Source: Octopus vulgaris | Lineage: Eukaryota | NCBI GenBank assembly: GCA_951406725.2 | Contig: OX597819.1 | Location: forward strand, 126,790,001 to 126,854,000 | Reading direction: 5' to 3' | DNA: 64,000 bases | In this document: positions 56,116 to 64,000 of the stretch, one piece after another | Numbering within the stretch: position 1 is the first letter of the stretch | Layout of the letters: each line of letters opens with the position of its first letter | Position numbers and translations under genes: made by a program | Notes under the pieces: generated by a model | The model's database searches: none | The model's input: only the letters and a program-made list of their open reading frames with translations | What the model was told of the DNA's origin: nothing

Positions 56116-57402
56116 GTATAATGGGCATAACGGAACGAACAAACATCACTCCCATAAGAATTTTATTTGCTTATCTCAAATTTATTGCTGACCGTTTCAT
56201 TTATTTCTGCTTTTGAATTATAGACAGTCATAAGGTATTTTTTTTTTTCGTCCATCCATCTGTTTGCTTCTAATTTATTTTACTCAGCAACACTATTTCT
56301 GTACATCGGAATCATTCGCTAAGCAAATATGCCTGGTATTCTGAGGCTTTTTTTTCCCCGCATTAAGTCTTGTGACACTGTATTTTTCTTTTACCTGTCT
56401 TTCCCTTTTGTTGATGACTAAAGATTATAACAAAAAGACAAGCCAACAAACAGCTAATTACAAATTACTAGGATTCCACGACCGTCCAACTGTAAGCCGA
56501 ATAGGTAACTTGTTTCATTTAAGAAAGCATTTAATTTTTTAAAGTCTGCTAGATGAGCTAAGTAACTTCGTTCTTCAAGTTTCTTCCCACGTTCACTATT
56601 AATTAGAAAATTAGACATTTGAATTTTTCTAGTTTTGCTAGAGCTTATCTATTTTCTTCGTGGCGGGGCGAATTGGCCGAGTTAGGAGAGCTGTCGGACG
56701 AATGCGTTATGAGTTGACATTCTGCGGACGGGTGCTATCCGTCTTTCTTACTAACCAATAAAAATGGGAGTTTAACCACAGATCAATTCTGAACAAAATG
56801 ATTTATTTTCACCAAACATTGTAGCCACAGAAACTGTTTTTCGGCAGATAAGATGTATCTTTTATTTAGCATTTTACAACTCATTCAAGTTTTAACATGG
56901 ACGGGATGTTATTCGAGGGAGACATGTTGCTCCTAATACCAGGGTGAGTGACAGAACAGAGAATCCATCAGTGCCTCACGAGAAGTGTGGTAGTAGTAGT
57001 AGTAGTAGTAGTCAAGATTTAGCCTATATTTAAAATCATGTCACCCGACAAAACACGTAACATTCACGTTACTATTGCTGTTTCTATTACAAAAAGTTCG
57101 TTTTAGGAAGGGTGGTGGTAGTGGTGGTGGGGGAGTTTCGAGAAACAATATAAAAAGAAGAAAAAAAAGAAGAAACAAAGAAACAAGCCATAATATTTCC
57201 ACCGAAAAGTAGACATATGCTTGTTTTTATTCAAAAATAGCATCACACAATAAATAAACATATAATTTAGGTCTTGTTCTTAATGACACACTCATCTTCC
57301 AGCGAATTCCATTCAATATGTCTCTTCTACGCGCATACACACCGAACACATTATAAAGTGGCCTTCCGACTCAAGTGCATCCATAACAGTATTGAAAAAA
57401 AT

Positions 57403-57443
<41 letters not shown>

Positions 57444-57614
57444 CAATAACAACATCAAAGCCAGTGATTGTCCCTCTTGCAAAGTTTTTATCACGTTAGC
57501 TGTTAGCTGCTACTTAGAAATTACTTCGGAACTAAAATATATGAGTGTGTGTATATATATGTGTGTACAAGCAATCCATTTGTAGTTCGTGTGTGTGTGT
57601 GTGTAATATAGATA

Positions 57615-57715
<101 letters not shown>

Positions 57716-59335
57716 TGTATGTCTATGTTGGCATATATATAACTAATCCATTTGAATATTCCTAAGTACATGTGTATATATATATATATACACACACACA
57801 GACACACACGTATATATGTATATACATATATATACTAATGGAAAATAAGTGATTAATGTGATCAAAGATTCTCATAAAGTCTGGTCGGTGTAGTGTTTTT
57901 ATTTTATTTTTTATTTATATATTTCTTTGTCGTCAATGATCCGTTTCCTTAGTAAAAGAACTGAAGTAATGTTTTACTTTACTTACAGCACATTGGTTTA
58001 AAAACAAGATACTACTCCCCAGCCACAACAGTTTCTTCTATTTTTACATGTACCCGCTCTACACACTCCCCCTTACATCTCTCTTACTCTCTCTCCTCTC
58101 TCTCTTTTTACTTATACATACAGTATGTGTGTGCATTTTTGTATACATATATTTGTGTATGTATGTATATGTGTGTGTAAGTGTGTGTATCTATGAACAT
58201 TTGCATATTCTTTAATATGGTATTCGTAGTATTTGTGACCCTATATTTTCAATTGACCCACATAGATCTGAATATATATGTATGAATCTGTGTATCACAC
58301 ACACACACAAAAACACACACACACAGTAATAACATCTCGTGTCTTGTTCGTAAACTTAATAATATACGTTTACAGTATCGCGAAATTTTAAGAATAAGGT
58401 CTACTTCTAGAAAGCGACAAGAAAGATCCGAAAGTTATTTCTTTTCTGAGAGAGATAGGAAAGTACATTTTATCTTGTAACCCATCAAATACTTGAGCTG
58501 GCTGATGATAAGAAGGGAGGAAAAGCACCAATATTATAACAACAACAACTACTACTACAACAACAATAATAACAACAATAATGATAATAATAATAATAAT
58601 AATGATAATAATAATAATAATAAAATTACTAAGCAAAGAGTCAAAAACTACCCCGGTATAACTCTTATATTATCAGATGAGATTGCTATATTTTAGGCAG
58701 TTTTTACTTCTAACAAGATTACTTCCTGCTGTTTTTTGTCAAGGATTAAAAGAAAAGATATTTCTTTTCATCTGCCGAGAGTAGATTTCTGTTGCTGCTT
58801 CGTCTGTCTCTTAGTATTCCCTTTCACTGTGTAATTCACTTGTTGTTTTGGAGTTGTTTGTTTACTTAGTTCTAGTAAACACTTTGTTGATTCATTGACA
58901 GCAGAAAAAGATTTTTTGTTTTTTGTTTTAAGATAATGTCTTTAAAAAAATATAGAATAATAATTAGTTCGAAGAATAGTCATATTTAATTTATCCTAAC
59001 TAGTTAAAATTGGTGAATTGGCAGAATTCCTTGGACATTAGACAAAATGTTTTCTCATGTGATCCTTTACGGCAGTTCTTACCGTATTTGACTTAGTATT
59101 TCATCCCTTTGGAGTCTAGTAAAATATGAAATTTCGGGGTCCACGCGCACTCGTGTGTGTGTGAGTGTGTATGTGTGTATGATGCGTGTGTGTGTGTGCG
59201 CGTGTTTCTTCTTGATAATGCTTCTGCATGTAAGACATTTCTTTGATCTTAATCGGGCGGTAACTGCCTATTTGTGTGCGCGCGTGACCGTTTATATATT
59301 TATGTATAATGTATGTAATTTTTCGATTTTTTTAG

Positions 59336-59574
59336 AATAGTCCGAAATCGAGCAGCAGAAAAGGCGAAAGGCCAACCACCTCAATCAAGTCCTTCGCTTC
59401 AAGTCGAAGCTCCAAATCCTGGAATTGCACAGTCGCAGACGCCATCAGGAGCAGAAGCTCTGACACGACCAGGTTCCTATTCTATTAGTGGCATTCTGGG
59501 AATCAGTTCACAAAATCCAGGAAATCTCAACAATGGAAGCGTGAAACGGAAACGAGATGATACGGGAGATACAG
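59336..59574 (+). CDS. Pax2/5/8: Pax2/5/8 coding exon: end of paired domain, octapeptide and NLS-like motif: (R)IVRNRAAEKAKGQPPQSSPSLQVEAPNPGIAQSQTPSGAEALTRPGSYSISGILGISSQNPGNLNNGSVKRKRDDTGDT
   Basis: Read by hand; only its tail appears in the ORF track. Acceptor tttttttAG at 59334-35 and donor CAG|GTAAAA at 59575. 239 bp, phase 2 in and phase 1 out. Octapeptide YSISGILG at 59478-59501 and KRKRD at 59544-59558. IVRNRAAEKAK resembles invertebrate Pax2/5/8 (IVRNKAAEKAK). Confidence 0.95.
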
Positions 59575-59919
59575 GTAAAAAATTCTTCATTTACCTTGGG
59601 CCTCGCTTTCTTTCAGCTATTTTTATAATTGTTAATATCCCATTTATAAATTTAACAATTTTTAAAAGTGCCCCCTTACGAATGGAAATTTATAATGAAA
59701 CATTGCTCATACTTCTTTGTAATTCCTGGCAGTTACTCCACCTTAACAACAGGGTCCGTTTATAACGTTGGTAATATACCATTTCTTTGACAATGTTTCA
59801 CTTCTTTTGTCGTTGTATTCTCAAAGTTTAACGAGGATTTGGCCAGCGTAGCCATTTATGAAGCGAGACGTGGGGAGAAAGAGAGAGATTCGATCCCAGT
59901 ACTACTGTCGTTGAGTGTC

Positions 59920-59953
<34 letters not shown>

Positions 59954-59964
59954 AGAAATTAAAT

Positions 59965-60410
59965 ATAAATTACAAAATGGGACAAGGACGCAAAACACAC
60001 AAAGAGACGACACAAAAAAACAGACGGGTCATTCGAAGCCTCTAATCTTTAGTCGGGAACCGGATCATCTTAGCAATTTCGGCTGATTAATCCTGATATC
60101 GCTCCGATACGGCCAGCCCCAAAGAAAAACTAAGCTACGGGCATTAGATTTCTTGGAAAGAGGATCGAATGTATACGAAACAAGGACAGGATGTCACACG
60201 AATATAAATACAAGAAACAAAAAATAGAAATAAAAAAACAAGAATAGTAATAACAGGACAAAACAGCGGGTGTCTTACGACTTCAGACAATTTTTAACTT
60301 ATCTTGGCTGGCGTATTTTGAAAAAATGCCTTTGCGGCAAATGAAGACAACAGTGTTAACATGGCAGCGGTCAAGCCGAAAAGACCAGTTTGAAGGCAGT
60401 CACGTGAGAA
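59965..60410. mobile_element. Unclassified dispersed repeat
   Basis: Starts ACAAAATGGGACAAGGACGCAAAACA, which is also seen at ~43463-43495 (AAAAAATGGGACAAGAACGCAAAACA). Sits next to (TA)n. Confidence 0.45.
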
Positions 60411-60530
60411 GACGGAAGAGAGAGAGAAAGAAAAGTAGGGGGCAAGGAATCAAAGAGAGAGAGAAAGAAAAGTAGGGGGCAAGGAATCAAAGAGAGAGAG
60501 AAAGAAAGGGACGATATATATATATATATA

Positions 60531-60588
60531 AATGGCGGTGCCCCAGCATGGCCACAGCTCATGAGCTGAAACTAAAATCAATCAATCA

Positions 60589-60590
<2 letters not shown>
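60531..60590 (+). mobile_element. Extremely 5'-truncated CR1-like LINE tail inserted into (TA)n
   Basis: AATGGCGGTGCCCCAGCATGGCCACAGCTCATGAGCTGAAACTA plus (ATCA)n, nearly identical to the 3' end of the LINE at 63002-63530. Confidence 0.8.
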
Positions 60591-60640
<50 letters not shown>

Positions 60641-61991
60641 GGAAAGAGAGAGAGAGAGATTACTTCAATGCCCAAGGCTTCTTTGCGCATCGAATGAAAG
60701 AGAGAGGTGAGGAGAAATAGAGAGATTTTCTCGATACGATCCATCAGGTGACTACAAATCGAACATACTCTGTAACATATATTGAGTACTCTTCCTAGAG
60801 TGCATAAAATGGCAAACGCACCCATACACACTGGCTCTGCCATAGACACATACATACACTGATCCAGATTCACAAGTTTAAATAAATGTTGAATGAACAA
60901 TATTACATTCATGGAAAACTTTCCATTGGCTTCTCCTTAAAGCTAAGAATTTGCAGCAGAGACTACGCGAGAGAGTTTCAATGAGTCAAGACAAGAATAA
61001 ACATTGAGTTTGGTGTTATAATTGCTAGTAAAAACAAAACACATTTATATACGGGTTGCTGATTTCCTTTCACGAATGTTTGAATAAAACAGTTTTTGAA
61101 CAGTCTTCGTCACGTGTAAGAGGGAGTACATTACATCCATAGAAACGAAATACAATTAAATGGCGGGTTTTCGGTTCATTTTTTGAATTTTATTTTAAAT
61201 GACCAAGACAGATGATGATCATGAATCTTTTGAAGCTTAAAGAAACAGTAACAGAAGTATGCATCTAACGCATCTCTATAGATTACTACACTTTCGCGTG
61301 TTTGCTTTACGGACCGGTGCATGTCGGTTTTAGATGATCCACTTGCTTAACTAAGTCACCAGCGTGTGTCTATGATTACATGCCCCAGTTGTAAACTTTA
61401 TTATAGCTGTTTTGTTAAACATATTTGGGAGAAATCGACTTAAGGTAGTTTAAGAACGAATTTTCTTTGGCTTTAAATAGTTGAGTTTATTGATCTTTCG
61501 GTGGAGTGATGTGGGAGAAATTATCAAGCAAAACAATTTTGTATTGTTCTCGGCGTGTAAGAGATGACAGTGTTGATGGAGTGAAAATGGAGAGACTCAA
61601 TTGTGTTATCTTTTAGAACAATATTTGGATACATTGATCTGACTGGAATGCAAAGAAAACACCGTCCGCTATACAATAAATACTATACAAATGAAACAGC
61701 CACGTCTAGTGTCTTCCTTCGTATGAGTTTGCCAGCTCAAGTCGACCATATTTCGTCATGTTTTCTCAATGTTATATCTGTTCAAGGGATCCCCCTCCAC
61801 CACCAAATTTGTGTATCTCTGTATTATGATGCACTCCTCAAATGTTTATCAGATAACTCTCTCCTCAGCTGCTTGATATTATTAATATGAAAGTAAAAAA
61901 AAAAAATCTAAATCAAACAAACATACAAACAAAAGAAAAACCAGGTTAATATTATAATGGAATTTTTTCCTTGTTCTGCTTATGCTAGTCC

Positions 61992-62032
<41 letters not shown>

Positions 62033-62542
62033 CTGTCACCTGATAAAACAAGGGGACAAACAGCAGGACCGATGAAAGTGCTTTATCTTAATACGATAGG
62101 AATAGATAGATCTATCTACCTCTATCGTAGACAAATTGATAGATAGATAGAAAGAGACAGAGAGAGATAAAGAGACAGAGAGAGAGAATGGGATGAGATG
62201 AGATAAGATCATAACCCTTTCTCTCCAGTTTGAAATTTAAAGCCCGCACGTGCCAGGAGATTTTATTTCCCCCCGTCTCCTCCTCCTCCTCCCACTCCTG
62301 TATTACTGCTACCACCTCAGCTTTCATCATTTCATTCTCACTTTCTCGCACCCATCGTCATATCTTCTGCTATCTTGTTACTGTTTTGCTTTCCTTTACT
62401 CGTTTTGTATCTTTTAACTAAATAGTCTCATCTTGTTTACGTTTGTCATCAAATAGTGCTTCCTTTGTTTTTCTTTCTGATTTTCTCTCTCTCTCTTGCG
62501 CGCGTGTGTGAATGTTTTCTTATAGACTCTTTCCCATATCTC

Positions 62543-62579
<37 letters not shown>

Positions 62580-63001
62580 ACGCATGCATGCTCGCGCGTT
62601 GCGGTGATTATTGTTGGTTTTTTAGTTCCTTAATTAAGCTAACCCATAGTCGAAAGCATAAACCTTTATTTTATAGGTAATTTCAACTACTTGTCCATTG
62701 CTGGTGTTGTTTAGCTCAAGATATCTCTCATCGGGAAAACGAATGATCAGACGTTCCAGCTATGACCTTCCTATTTCATTCTCAACAATAGTGTGGTCTT
62801 ATCTTAAATTATTGAATGCATTATGGTGTTCTTCAGCGGGTATTGGCTATTTCTACGATCCGAGTGGCCGTATAGCGTTACCCCCGTTAGCACATTGGAA
62901 CTTTTGCTTAGGAGAGTGGTACTTGATTTGAGAGAGACTTGGCTCTTGTTTCTTGAATATAGGATGCCTAAACATATGTTCCCTTGTCGCGACAAGCATA
63001 T

Positions 63002-63530
63002 ATTTCATTTTTTCATTTCACTTCACCTAGTTTCAGCTCACGAGCTGTGGCCATGCTGGGGCACCGCCATTCGGTGTTGCTACATGATTTTACTTCACGA
63101 ATGCTTTTTAGCAATCGACATTTGATGCATGAGATAGTTTGATGCAGCTGCCTTCATCTGAACCTCCTGTCGTTAAGTTGGTTCATCTGGGACACCTAAC
63201 AGGAAGAGGTCCAGCTTTATTTTGAAGACATCTGCATCCACCCCATGAAGGTCTCACAGGTCTTTCGGGAGGATATTGAAGAGCTGTGGACCTCTGAAGC
63301 CCAGGCTATCGCAGTATCTTGTCCTACATCTTGATGGCAAATTTGGAGTCCTTGGCACTATGCAGTGGCGCCTAGTTCTAGTATTTGTGTAACTCTCGAT
63401 GCCAAAGTTTGGGACAAGTCCATCTAGGATCTTCCAGATGTGTCATAGCATATCTTTCTCGCCTACGCTCTAAGGAATAGAGTCTTAATCTTTTGAGTCT
63501 TTCCCAATAGCTTATATCTTCAATATCTGC
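63002..63530 (-). mobile_element. 3' end of a CR1-clade LINE (ORF2 C-terminus, 3' UTR and (TGAAA)-like tail)
   Basis: SYWERLKRLRLYSLERRRERY, WKILDGLVPN, GPQLFNILP and FKIKLDLFL are classic CR1-type C-terminal motifs; frameshifted. Confidence 0.88.
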
Positions 63531-63639
63531 ACATAACCATAGTATATATACCACCATACACATTTAATCTCTCTCAATCTGCGTCCTCTCTCTCTTCCCT
63601 TCCTCTCTTTATGAATACACCTTGCTATTATTAGCAATT

Positions 63640-64000
63640 TTAGGGGTAGTGACTTGACAGAACTGCTAAAGCGTCGATCAAAATGTTTTACGGTTTTATA
63701 TTACGGTGTTTTAAGTCCTATTTTCACATCCCAAGAAATCAACCTGTCTTTCATACTTTTGAGCTTACTAGAATACAGAAGCAGCCAAATACTGGGAACG
63801 ATGTATTGTAATCGACTTAACTCCATCTTTTAAAAAATTGTTGGATCTCTGACTCAATTAGAAATTAGCAGCAGTTTGATTGGCAGAGCATTTAGAGCGT
63901 CGAAGAAAATTATGTTGTATTTATTCCGGTCCTTAGCGCTCAAATACTGCTGAAGCCAAACTTTATCCATTCGAAATCGATAAAATAAAGTACCAGCCAG
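63640..64000 (+). mobile_element. Two degraded tandem family-A SINEs (second runs off the window)
   Basis: Diverged head and body; the window ends in TCGATAAAATAAAGTACCAG. Confidence 0.6.

Noticed and set aside
59339-59340. Alternative acceptor AG 5 nt downstream of the exon start
   Set aside because: It would frameshift and lose the conserved IVRNR; no supporting evidence.

Overview
AT-rich eukaryotic (animal) genomic DNA with a very high density of microsatellites and SINEs. The repeat landscape is what I associate with Octopus/coleoid cephalopods; that assignment is inference. One real gene is recognisable: three + strand coding exons of a Pax2/5/8 orthologue at 37740-37905, 54140-54337 and 59336-59574. 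They encode the full paired domain, the YSISGILG octapeptide and a KRKR NLS-like motif, with GT-AG introns in matching phase. The first coding exon and the downstream exons were not identified. The third exon is largely missed by the ORF track, and nearly every other listed ORF is a microsatellite or repeat artefact. The remainder is transposon debris: at least three tRNA-derived SINE families, mariner/Tc1/hAT elements and MITEs, and CR1-, R4/Dong-, Tx1- and Penelope-like fragments. The observations most worth following up are a SINE target-site duplication that copies the paired-box exon's splice donor, several hammerhead-ribozyme-like motifs (one at the head of an old dispersed repeat family), a visible LINE/SINE 3'-tail partnership, a MITE carrying telomeric repeats, and a ~230-bp AT-rich palindrome. 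I cannot claim a wholly new biological system from this sequence alone.
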